The position numbers were made by a program, and so were the translations under genes. The notes beneath the pieces are model-generated. The model was not told the origin of the DNA and ran no database searches. It saw only the letters and a list, made by a program, of their open reading frames with translations. This document shows positions 37,818 through 48,310 of a stretch of 64,000 bases of DNA, piece after piece (position 1 is the stretch's first letter; every line of letters starts with the position of its first letter). The stretch spans positions 5,624 to 69,623 of the forward strand of contig JAFXZI010000001.1 of assembly GCA_017541325.1 (NCBI GenBank). Reading direction: 5' to 3'. This DNA comes from Bacilli bacterium. GTDB taxonomy: Bacteria; Bacillota_I; Bacilli_A; RF39; UBA660.

Positions 37818-39131
37818 TTATTTTGTCCTTTCAACATTTTTGTTTTTATCAGTTTTAAATAGTCCAAAATCTTCTAGTTTTTCTAGAATAGCTCTAGGAA
37901 TTAGACCATTAATTACTTCAGTAGTAATAATTGTTTTTATTTTTTGAATAGCATCTTTTAAAGCAGATACTAATGCTTGTAAGTTAAAGTTTTCTTTCTT
38001 TAAGTTTTCACTAGATTTTACTAATAAGTCATTACTATTTGTTAAATCTTTTATTGTAGAATCTTGATCTTTGATAGTTTCTTTTAATTGTCTAACTTCT
38101 TTTTTATGATTCTTTAAGTCGTCTTTATATTCATTTACTATATTAGTAATCTCATTAGTAGATAGAATACTATTAGTACTTTTTCTAGAATCAACGATAT
38201 AGTCATTAATCTTTTCTATATCTTCTTTTGAAATAGTGAAGTTATTCTTATTTAAAGTTTGTGATTTAAGATTATTAACCAATTCATAAACTTCTTTTGA
38301 TTTTTCATTTATCTTATTAGCATCTTCATTTAGTTTTTCTAATGCTTCTTGACTCTTCCTTATATTTCTAGTTGATTGTTGATAATGAGCCATATCATTA
38401 ACATTAATATCTTGATTTCTACCTTCTTGTTTTAATTTTAAAGTGTAGTTAAGATTATAAGTTTCATTAAACTCTTTAATACATAGTTCTCTCATTTGAT
38501 CTTGTATTTTTAATAAAGAGTCTTTAGTAAAAACTGATGCTTTTCCAACTTGAACAGACATTCCATTTTTATTCCCTTGCTTATAAGCAATTCCCATAAT
38601 ATGCATATGAGGAGAAGCTTCATCATAGTGAATAACAGCATTTGAAATTTTAAAATTTGGAATTATCTTTTCTAAATCTTTGATTTGTTTTTTAAAAACA
38701 ATTGTCATTTTTCTTTTGTCTTCTTCAGAAATAGTACTCCAATAATACATGTCGCCAATCTCTAAAATGATAGGGATAGCTAAGTCATGTTTGTTATCAT
38801 CAGAGATATGTTTGAAGTAATTTTCAATCTTTCGGTCGTTTCTTTTTTGCTTAGAATTGAATTCGATTCTAGCTTCTTCAAATAGTTCTAAGTAAGTATT
38901 TTTAACATCTTCAACTAGATTATTTGTACCAACAATTACTTCAATTCGTTCAGGATTATTTTCGTATTTTCTTAAATTATGGTTGTCTGCTTTTGTTAAT
39001 TGTGCCTGAGTTTGAATTGCATTATTTGGTTTTGATTTGCTATCGTACTTACTATTTTTTGCTAATCTTCTTCCTTCTAAAGACTTATTTTTGTCGACTC
39101 CAACATGAAATGAATAACTTAGTTCTTGCAT
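37818..39131 (-). CDS. MobV-family relaxase (Mob/Pre plasmid recombination enzyme, TnpZ-like)
   Basis: HYDEASPHMH (HxDExxPHxH) metal-binding motif III, N-terminal MQELSYSFHV motif I-like, long C-terminal coiled coil. Confidence 0.75.
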   Translation of the reverse strand: MQELSYSFHVGVDKNKSLEGRRLAKNSKYDSKSKPNNAIQTQAQLTKADNHNLRKYENNPERIEVIVGTNNLVEDVKNTYLELFEEARIEFNSKQKRNDRKIENYFKHISDDNKHDLAIPIILEIGDMYYWSTISEEDKRKMTIVFKKQIKDLEKIIPNFKISNAVIHYDEASPHMHIMGIAYKQGNKNGMSVQVGKASVFTKDSLLKIQDQMRELCIKEFNETYNLNYTLKLKQEGRNQDINVNDMAHYQQSTRNIRKSQEALEKLNEDANKINEKSKEVYELVNNLKSQTLNKNNFTISKEDIEKINDYIVDSRKSTNSILSTNEITNIVNEYKDDLKNHKKEVRQLKETIKDQDSTIKDLTNSNDLLVKSSENLKKENFNLQALVSALKDAIQKIKTIITTEVINGLIPRAILEKLEDFGLFKTDKNKNVERTK

Positions 39132-39386
39132 AGATTTCTCCTTTCATTAGAGCCTTTTTATGTTGAAAGGTTGAGACGATTTTGATTGTGTCAAAATGAC
39201 TAACTCCCTATATATTTTGACAATCCCTTAGGTATCATCAAAATATGGGAGCTAAGACTAGTCGCCTTAGGATCCACTAATGACTTCTTCGTAATAGAGA
39301 ATCATCTCTAAAACTTCATCAGTCATTTTAGAAATTGCTATCGCCACTTTCATTTCTTACGAAACAAAACGTGCCACGCAATTTAT
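39132..39386 (-). promoter_or_regulatory. Candidate oriT (RSA-like) region upstream of the MobV gene
   Basis: Inverted repeat gtcaaaat(g)...atattttgac at about 39190-39225 and agtcattttag repeat at about 39320; position analogous to Tn4451 RSA. Confidence 0.3.
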
Positions 39387-41234
<1,848 letters not shown>

Positions 41235-41402
41235 TCAAAAGTATTCTACGAGTAAATACTTCTAACTCTCATTTGTTTATCATTATAAATTTTTTCCAAT
41301 ATTCTTTTTCTTTGTTTCTTCATTGATGTACCTCCATTTCTAGAGAATACCTCTTTCATTGGTTATTTATAATAATCATTTTGCAAATGAAAGTCAATAG
41401 TA

Positions 41403-41684
41403 TTAACCCAAGTATGCATGTTTTAGTTGAGAACTTAGTTCTGAAAAAGGGAATTGGTTCTCATAAGAATTGATAAAAAAGTAATCTTTACCATTTAGAA
41501 ATAGAAAAACATTATTATTTATTTCTATTTTATGTGGTTCTAGATAAGCCATATTAGTCGGTTCTAGCCTTATTAAAGCTCCTTTCTGCACCTTTACCTT
41601 AATAGATGCATATTTGACTGCCCAATTTATTTTCTTTTCTAAATCGGGGCTTAAATTGATTTCTTGTCTGATTTCATTAATCAT
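41403..41684 (-). CDS. Small hypothetical protein between the recombinase and tRNA-His; terminated by the nested hairpin at 41243-41283
   Basis: ORF; downstream hairpin gagagt...agtatt...aatact...actctc plus T-run. Confidence 0.35.
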   Translation of the reverse strand: MINEIRQEINLSPDLEKKINWAVKYASIKVKVQKGALIRLEPTNMAYLEPHKIEINNNVFLFLNGKDYFFINSYENQFPFSELSSQLKHAYLG

Positions 41685-41775
41685 AATCGTCTCATTCCTT
41701 TCTTAAACACAAAAAAACTCAATTTTAGCAATTGAGTCTATCTGTAAGTCGAAAAATTTCGACGATTTTCATAAA

Positions 41776-41852
41776 TGGGGCGGAATAAGGGGATCGAACC
41801 CTTGCATACCGGAGCCACAATCCGGCGTGTTAACCACTTCACCAATACCGCC
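41776..41852 (-). tRNA. tRNA-His (anticodon GTG), CCA encoded, with G-1
   Basis: Minus strand reads G-GCGGTAT...anticodon stem CCGGA/TCCGG with loop TTGTGGC (GTG anticodon), T-arm AAGGGTTCGATCCCTT, acceptor ATTCCGC-C-CCA. Confidence 0.85.
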
Positions 41853-41952
41853 ATTTCTAATTGACTACTTTATAATAGTATAAAATGTCTTAAAAATCAA
41901 GTCTTTGATTTATTTATATGTTTACATATATTTTTTTATTTGATATATTATA

Positions 41953-41972
41953 TATGAATATATGTTCATATG
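41953..41972. promoter_or_regulatory. ArsR/SmtB-type operator candidate: palindrome ATATGAA-N6-TTCATAT immediately upstream of the arsR-family gene
   Basis: atatgaatatatgttcatat read directly; 12 nt upstream of the RBS gtgagga. Confidence 0.45.
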
Positions 41973-41983
41973 TGAGGATAAAT

Positions 41984-42310
41984 ATGATAGATAGAGATAA
42001 ATTTTTAAAAGCTAAAAAGAATATGTTAGATGAAGATACTATCTTTAATGTATCTAACTTATACAAAGTATTTAGTGATGAAACTAGACTTAAAATACTA
42101 AATATTCTTCTAGATAATGAATTATGTGTATATGATATTGCAGAACTTTTAGATATGACTCACTCCTCTATTTCTCATCAATTAAAAGTACTTAGAGATA
42201 TGAAATTAGTTAAAGCTCATAAACATGGTAAAAACGTCTATTACACATTAATAGATGACCATATAGAAAGAATAATTAAGATAGGAGTTGAACATGTTAA
42301 TGAAAAATAA
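41984..42310 (+). CDS. ArsR/SmtB-family metalloregulator (CadC-like)
   Basis: ELCVYDIAELLDMTHSSISHQLKVLRDMKLV HTH with metal-site residues. Start set at MIDRDKF with RBS; overlaps the ATPase gene. Confidence 0.75.
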   Translation: MIDRDKFLKAKKNMLDEDTIFNVSNLYKVFSDETRLKILNILLDNELCVYDIAELLDMTHSSISHQLKVLRDMKLVKAHKHGKNVYYTLIDDHIERIIKIGVEHVNEK

Positions 42311-44114
42311 AGAAATAATTAAGTTTATATTTGCACTTTTATTCTTTATATTTAGTATAGTATTTAAAGAATACGTTCTTTTATACACAATCATTGGATA
42401 TTTAATAATTAGTTTTGAAATGATTATTGAACTAAAAGATAAAATACCTAAAGGTAAAATATTTGATGAAGAATTCTTAATGATTATCGCAACTATTGGT
42501 GCCTTTATTCTAAAAGATTATCATGAAGGATTTATGGTAATGCTTCTATATCAACTTGGAGAAATAATAAATGATCATGCTGTAGATAAATCTAAAGAAG
42601 AAATAATTAAACTTATGGATTTAGATACTGATACAGTTACTTTATCAACAAAAGATGGATTAACTGAAATAGAACCTAATAAAGTTAAAATAGGAGATAT
42701 TATTCTTGTTAAAGCGGGAGAAAAAATACCTTTAGATGGATATGTTTTTGAAGGAAGTTCAAATATAGATACTTCTAGTATTACTGGAGAACATAAACCA
42801 AGGTCAGTAAAAATTAAAGATCCTGTATTAAGTGGATGTATTAATTTAGATGGTACATTAAAAATAAAAGTTACTGAGATTTATAAGAATTCTACTGCAA
42901 ATAAAATAATAGATTTAATAGAAAAAGCTGATAAGAAAAAATCAAATACTGAAAAGGTAGTAGATAAATTTGCTAGTATTTATACTCCTATTGTTGTTGC
43001 TCTTGCACTACTATTATTCTTAGTTCCAGGATTTATTACTAAAGACTTCTCTTTATGGGGACATCGTGCTTTAGTATTTCTAGTAGCGTCTTGTCCATGT
43101 GCTTTAGTAATATCTATTCCACTTGCTTATTTTGTAGGTATGGGTGCTTGTAGTAAATCTGGAATACTTATGAAAAATAGTAATACATTAGATAAATTAT
43201 TAAAAATAGATGAAATAATATTTGATAAAACAGGAACTATTACTGAAGGAGTATTTGAAGTAGTTAAAGTTAAAGGATATGGAATTAAAGCTAGTGAATT
43301 ATTAGAGATTGCAGCAACATGTGAAAGTCTAAATAATCATCCAATTGCGCTATCTATATTAAATAGATATGGAAAAGATGTAGATAATTCTAAAATAAAG
43401 AATTATAAAATAGTAGACGGAGGTATTACTCTTTCAATAGATAAAGATAAATATATTATAGGTAATTATAATCTATTAAATAAAAATAAAATAGATTTTG
43501 AAAGATGTTTAGATATTGGTACTATTGTATATATTTCAAGAAATAAAGAATATTTAGGATATATTCTTATAAATGATAAGATTAAGAAAAATAGTAAAAA
43601 GACCATTTCTTTATTACGTGAAAAAGGATTTAATGAATTAGTAGTTTTATCTGGAGATAACGAAGAAATAGTTAATGATGTTGTAAAACGTGTTGGAATA
43701 AAAAGATATATGTCAGAATTATTACCAATAGATAAAGTTAATTATTTAAAAACTGCTCATAAAGAAAAAAAGAAAACTATGTTTGTTGGAGATGGAATAA
43801 ATGATGCTCCTGCTCTACTTACAAGTGATATAGGTGTATCTATGGGTGGAATTGGTTCAGATGCATCTATAGAAGCATCTGATATGGTTATAATGAATGA
43901 TGATTTAACTAAGATTCATACAGCTCATAATATAGCTTCTTTTACTAAAAAAATAGTTATAGAAAATATAGTGCTTGTCTTATTAATTAAACTATTAGTT
44001 CTTACTCTTGCAACATTTGGATATGCCAATATGATTGCAGCAGTTTTTGCAGATGTAGGTGTTACACTTATAACAATATTAAATACATTTAGAATATTAA
44101 AAAAGAGAGATTAA
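42288..44114 (+). CDS. P1B-type heavy-metal (Cd/Zn/Co-type) translocating ATPase lacking an N-terminal HMA domain
   Basis: CPC motif (SCPCAL) in TM6, DKTGTIT phosphorylation site, GDGINDAPAL, TGEHKP. Confidence 0.85.
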   Translation: MNMLMKNKEIIKFIFALLFFIFSIVFKEYVLLYTIIGYLIISFEMIIELKDKIPKGKIFDEEFLMIIATIGAFILKDYHEGFMVMLLYQLGEIINDHAVDKSKEEIIKLMDLDTDTVTLSTKDGLTEIEPNKVKIGDIILVKAGEKIPLDGYVFEGSSNIDTSSITGEHKPRSVKIKDPVLSGCINLDGTLKIKVTEIYKNSTANKIIDLIEKADKKKSNTEKVVDKFASIYTPIVVALALLLFLVPGFITKDFSLWGHRALVFLVASCPCALVISIPLAYFVGMGACSKSGILMKNSNTLDKLLKIDEIIFDKTGTITEGVFEVVKVKGYGIKASELLEIAATCESLNNHPIALSILNRYGKDVDNSKIKNYKIVDGGITLSIDKDKYIIGNYNLLNKNKIDFERCLDIGTIVYISRNKEYLGYILINDKIKKNSKKTISLLREKGFNELVVLSGDNEEIVNDVVKRVGIKRYMSELLPIDKVNYLKTAHKEKKKTMFVGDGINDAPALLTSDIGVSMGGIGSDASIEASDMVIMNDDLTKIHTAHNIASFTKKIVIENIVLVLLIKLLVLTLATFGYANMIAAVFADVGVTLITILNTFRILKKRD

Positions 44115-44130
44115 ATAATCTCTCTTTTAT
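44100..44130. terminator. Bidirectional terminator between the ATPase gene and glmS
   Basis: aagagagat-taaat-aatctctctt plus T-run. Confidence 0.6.
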
Positions 44131-44133
44131 TAT

Positions 44134-45945
44134 CTACTCTACTGTAACTGATTTAGCTAAGTTTCTAGGTTTATCTATATCACATTTTCTTAAATCTGCT
44201 ACATGATAAGCTATTAATTGAAGTGGTACAACTGTAAGAAGTGGTACTAAATAATTATCTACTTTTGGTAGTACTACTTTTTGATCAATAAAATCATAAT
44301 CACCATCTAATTCATTAGTAGTTATTAATATTACTTTTGCACCTCTTGCAACTACTTCTTTAATATTACTAATTGTTTTTAAAGAAAGTTCTGGATCAGT
44401 CATAATAGCTATTACTGGAGTACCTTCTTCTATCAAAGAAATAGTTCCATGTTTTAATTCTCCAGCTTGATAAGCTTCACTATGCATATAAGATATTTCT
44501 TTTAATTTTAAACTTCCTTCTAAACTGATAGCATAATCTATTCCTCTACCTATATAGAACAAGTCTTTATCTTCATAAATATATTTAGCTATATCTATAT
44601 AGTTTTTGTCTTTTGCTATTACTTCATCTATTAATTTAGGTACTGTACTTAATGATTGTAATAATTCTTGTAATCTTTCTCCTGTTATTAGATTTCTTTC
44701 TAACATAAGTTTTAAATTAATAAGTTCTAACATTGCTACTTGTAGTAAATATGCTTTAGTAGTTGCAACTGCTATTTCAACTCCTGCTCTTATATATAAT
44801 ACATTTTTAGATTCTCTAGCTATAGTAGAACCAACTACATTAACAATACCTAATGTATCTATTCCATCTTCATTAGCTTTACGAAGAGATGCTATAGTAT
44901 CAGCAGTTTCTCCTGATTGAGAAATAAGAATAACTAAAGTTTTATCATTATAAAATTCTTTTTTATAACGATATTCACTAGCTATTTCAACATCTACTTT
45001 TATACCAGCATAATTTTCTATTAAATGTTTACCTATTAATCCAGCATGCATTGCAGATCCACAAGCAACTATATGAATATTATCATATTTACTAAAATCA
45101 GGCATTTTATTTATAAATGAATCTATGCTTTCTACATATTCATTTATAGTATCTTTAAGTACTTTTCCTTCTTCATAGATTTCTTTAAGCATAAAGTGAG
45201 GAAAACCATTTTTCTCAGCTTCTTCTACGTTCCAATATACGGTATTAATATTTTTTCTTATCGGTTCAAGGTTTTCATTATAAATATCTACTCCATTATT
45301 TGTAATTTTTACAATATCATAGTTATTAAGTAAGAAATAATTTTTTGTAAAATTAATAATCGCTGCAACATCTGAAGCAATTAAATTTTCTTCTTCTCCT
45401 ACTCCAATAATTAATGGACTATCTTTACGAGTAGCATATAAAGTATCTAATTCATCATCAAAAATAATTCCTAAAGCATAACTTCCTTTTATATAGGAAG
45501 ACATTTCTTTAATTACTTCTAAATTAGACCAAATATCTTTACTTTTTAAATAATCAAGTAAAGCTGCGACTATTTCAGTATCAGTTTCACTTACAAATGA
45601 ATAACCTTCTTTAATTAACATTTCTTTAAGTTCTAGATAGTTTTCAATAATACCATTATGTATTATTGTAACGCTTCCAGAACGATGTGGATGAGCATTA
45701 ATAGTAGTTGCATTTCCATGAGTAGCCCATCTTGTATGAGCTATACCTATATTACTTAATAAATCTTCATCTATCATATTTTCTAAAGCACTAATTTTTC
45801 CAGTAGTTTTAAGTATTTCAACTTTATCAGTAACAAATGCAATTCCTGCAGAATCATATCCTCTATATTCTAAAGTTTTTAATCCATCTATTAATACTCT
45901 TTCTATATTAACTTTTTTTCCGACATATCCAAATATTCCGCACAT
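44134..45945 (-). CDS. glmS: Glutamine--fructose-6-phosphate aminotransferase
   Basis: MCGIFGYVG N-terminal nucleophile; two SIS domains. Start set at MCGIF; MEVFY is an RBS artefact. Confidence 0.95.
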   Translation of the reverse strand: MCGIFGYVGKKVNIERVLIDGLKTLEYRGYDSAGIAFVTDKVEILKTTGKISALENMIDEDLLSNIGIAHTRWATHGNATTINAHPHRSGSVTIIHNGIIENYLELKEMLIKEGYSFVSETDTEIVAALLDYLKSKDIWSNLEVIKEMSSYIKGSYALGIIFDDELDTLYATRKDSPLIIGVGEEENLIASDVAAIINFTKNYFLLNNYDIVKITNNGVDIYNENLEPIRKNINTVYWNVEEAEKNGFPHFMLKEIYEEGKVLKDTINEYVESIDSFINKMPDFSKYDNIHIVACGSAMHAGLIGKHLIENYAGIKVDVEIASEYRYKKEFYNDKTLVILISQSGETADTIASLRKANEDGIDTLGIVNVVGSTIARESKNVLYIRAGVEIAVATTKAYLLQVAMLELINLKLMLERNLITGERLQELLQSLSTVPKLIDEVIAKDKNYIDIAKYIYEDKDLFYIGRGIDYAISLEGSLKLKEISYMHSEAYQAGELKHGTISLIEEGTPVIAIMTDPELSLKTISNIKEVVARGAKVILITTNELDGDYDFIDQKVVLPKVDNYLVPLLTVVPLQLIAYHVADLRKCDIDKPRNLAKSVTVE

Positions 45946-45961
45946 ATAAAAAACCTCCACT

Positions 45962-46106
45962 CGAAAAAAACTAGTGAAGATATATTTTTTGTTATAATCT
46001 CTATTTTATTTTTTGTTATATATCTAACGACTCACCATGCCGCAGTAGTACCCGCCGAATCTTTCGATTACCTACCGACCTCGTCAACATTATGTCCTGG
46101 CGCTTA
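45962..46106 (-). ncRNA. glmS ribozyme (GlcN6P-dependent self-cleaving riboswitch) in the glmS 5' leader
   Basis: Minus strand reads A/GCGCCAGGACAUAAUGUUGACGAGGUCGGUAGGUAAUCGAAAGAUUCGGCGGGUACUACUGCGGCAUGG, matching the conserved AGCGCCAG...GACGAGG...AUCGAA..UUCGGCGG core. GC-rich island in an AT-rich leader. Confidence 0.8.
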
Positions 46107-46171
46107 ATATAATTTACAACCTTTCTCGTTATATCTAATTTAAGTTTATAATAGATAGATTTTCACTACAA

Positions 46172-46197
46172 TAAAAAAAAGTCATATTTGACTTTTT
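46172..46197 (-). terminator. Terminator of the AAA+ gene upstream of the glmS ribozyme
   Basis: aaagtcatatttgacttt palindrome plus T-run. Confidence 0.55.
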
Positions 46198-46206
46198 TAT
46201 GTAAAA

Positions 46207-47868
46207 CTATTCATAGAAATCATCATCTCTATTATCTATATCATCTCTATTTTCTAAATCTAAATCAAAATTAGTACTAGCATTCATCATTTGTCTATTA
46301 CTAGTTAATATTCCATCTATCGCAGTATTATCAACTCTTCTAGGAGTATTAATATTACTTCTACGATTATCTGAAATCATACTAGGATCAACATAAACTA
46401 CATTTTGTTGTGGTTGTACATATGTTGGTTGTTGTACAGAACTTGGTTGTTGATATACTTGTTGCGTTTGAACTGGTTCAACATACGTAGATTGTTGTAC
46501 AGGACTCGGTTGTTGATATACTTGTTCTGGTTGAACTGGTTCAGTATACGTAGGTTGTGTAACTTGCGCAGGTTGTTGATATGCTTGTTGTTGAACTGGT
46601 TCGGTATACGTAGGTTGTGTAACTTGCGTTGGTTGTTGGTACATTTGTTGTTGTACTGGTCCAGCAACTGTATTTTGTTGTTGCATTTGTGCTTGTTGTT
46701 GATAAATTTGTTCAATTAATTCTGGACTTGCAAATGAATCTTGTGCTGATTGAACTGGTGCAGATTGCACAACTGGTTGTGGTTGTTGTATAGGCATTGG
46801 ATTTGGTGCAACTTGTTGTGTTGGTTGTTGTGGTTGATTATTACCTATTCCACTTAGATCAATACCAGCAAGTAAAGATGCATCAAATTGCGGAGTTGGT
46901 TTGTTATTTATATTATGTTCAGCATCTGTTGCATATGTATTCTTTTGTAATACAATTCCTTCTTTAACAATACCATTTTCCTCATTATATATATCTTTAA
47001 ATTTATCTTTAAATATTGGTAATTCTTTTTTAATAACATCTGGATAAACTAAATGAGTTGATTCAATAGCTTTTTCAAAATCATAAATATTAACTTCACT
47101 TCTATTATCAAATACTGCAAAAGAGAATGCAGATTTAAGAAGTGTTAAAGATACGTCTGGGTATCTTGCATTAGCTTCAAATACACGTTTATATTCAGAT
47201 GTAATATCAACTAGTGACTCCATAATTAATCTTTGTTGATATTTAGAATATTTAAGTCTTACTCCTGTAGTTTTTTCTATTTTAGGAAGAGTTCCAACTA
47301 AAATCTCTATTGTTTCTTCTCTAGTTGGTTCTGGTACTTCTACTTTTTGGAAACGTCTTACAAACGCTTTATCACGTAAAATATAACGTTCATATTCAGC
47401 AGTAGTAGTTGCACCAACTACTTTAATACTACCTCTACCTAATCCCTCTTTAAAGATATTGGCAAAGTCTACACTAGACTCATCAGTAGCACCAATTAAC
47501 ATATGTATTTCATCGATAAATAAAATAGTTTTTTCTCTTTCTTTAAGTTCGTCTATCATAAGTTGTACTTTACTTTCACCATTAGGCATAGTACCTAAAA
47601 GTGAAGCAGTTTTTATATTTATTACAGTATATCCTTTTAAAGCATCAGGAACTTCTCCTCTTTGAATACGATAAGCAAGTCCTTCTACAATAGCAGTTTT
47701 ACCTGTACCAGGATATCCTATTAATATTGCAGATTTTTCTGGGGTAAGTAATAAAAGCAAAAGTGCTTTAAGTTGTTCATCTCTACCAATAGCTGGATTA
47801 GTATAATATGTCTTTTTAGTATAGTCTTCACCGTAACGCTCTAATATACTAAATTTCTCTTCTGGCAT
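46207..47868 (-). CDS. Single-domain ClpA/ClpB-D1-like AAA+ ATPase with a C-terminal Pro/Gln-rich tandem-repeat tail
   Basis: GYPGTGKTAIVEGLAYRI Walker A, ILFIDEIHMLIGA Walker B, sensor region. C-terminal repeats QQPTQVTQPTYTEPVQ (x4-5). Confidence 0.7.
   Translation of the reverse strand: MPEEKFSILERYGEDYTKKTYYTNPAIGRDEQLKALLLLLLTPEKSAILIGYPGTGKTAIVEGLAYRIQRGEVPDALKGYTVINIKTASLLGTMPNGESKVQLMIDELKEREKTILFIDEIHMLIGATDESSVDFANIFKEGLGRGSIKVVGATTTAEYERYILRDKAFVRRFQKVEVPEPTREETIEILVGTLPKIEKTTGVRLKYSKYQQRLIMESLVDITSEYKRVFEANARYPDVSLTLLKSAFSFAVFDNRSEVNIYDFEKAIESTHLVYPDVIKKELPIFKDKFKDIYNEENGIVKEGIVLQKNTYATDAEHNINNKPTPQFDASLLAGIDLSGIGNNQPQQPTQQVAPNPMPIQQPQPVVQSAPVQSAQDSFASPELIEQIYQQQAQMQQQNTVAGPVQQQMYQQPTQVTQPTYTEPVQQQAYQQPAQVTQPTYTEPVQPEQVYQQPSPVQQSTYVEPVQTQQVYQQPSSVQQPTYVQPQQNVVYVDPSMISDNRRSNINTPRRVDNTAIDGILTSNRQMMNASTNFDLDLENRDDIDNRDDDFYE
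46440..46700. repeat. Tandem about 51-nt repeats encoding the P/Q-rich repeat tail of the AAA+ protein
   Basis: ggttgttgatatacttgt...ggttgaactggttc...atacgtaggttgtgtaacttgcg repeated about 4 times; spurious antisense ORFs arise here. Confidence 0.7.
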
Positions 47869-47983
47869 ACTTATCCCTCCTTTTTATTCTAAAATAAGTA
47901 TATCATATTTTACATTTTAATAAATCCTTTTTTTGAGGAAGATTTTATTATATAACATCTTTTAGACATAGAAAAGAGATAAT

Positions 47984-48310
47984 TTAAGCAATTACCTCTT
48001 TATTTTGTAAGTTCTCATCTATCCAATCTTTAAATTCTTTAGATCCATCAAATAAATAATAGGAAATCTCTGGCAATTCATAACTATGTAATTCTTTGAT
48101 TCTTTTTTCTATTTTAGGGAACATATCTAAAGTAGTTTTCATAGATACTAAATACTCTTTTACATCTGGATAATCATTTTCCCAAACATATATACTTTCA
48201 ATTTCAGTTATATGAACACAACTTACTAAATGTTCATAAATAAGTGTTTTTCCTAAATTCCTTGCTTCTTCTAAATCTTCAAAGCAAGTTTCTACTACTA
48301 TATTACTCAT
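47984..48310 (-). CDS. cutA: Divalent-cation tolerance protein CutA
   Basis: 108 aa; CutA1-like sequence with conserved aromatic residues and length. Confidence 0.7.
   Translation of the reverse strand: MSNIVVETCFEDLEEARNLGKTLIYEHLVSCVHITEIESIYVWENDYPDVKEYLVSMKTTLDMFPKIEKRIKELHSYELPEISYYLFDGSKEFKDWIDENLQNKEVIA

Noticed and set aside
38924-39133. 69-aa ORF antisense to the MobV gene 5' end
   Set aside because: Antisense artefact.
44606-44920. 104-aa ORF antisense to glmS
   Set aside because: Inside a highly conserved gene.
46398-46719. Two overlapping about 105-aa ORFs (both strands) in the AAA+ gene tail
   Set aside because: Produced by the 51-nt tandem repeats; the biased N/K/L translations repeat with the DNA period.
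47459-47665. 68-aa ORF antisense to the AAA+ ATPase domain
   Set aside because: Antisense artefact.
47971-48000. Imperfect hairpin overlapping the cutA 3' end, considered as a terminator
   Set aside because: One mismatch in the stem and no clean T-run on the minus strand; weak.
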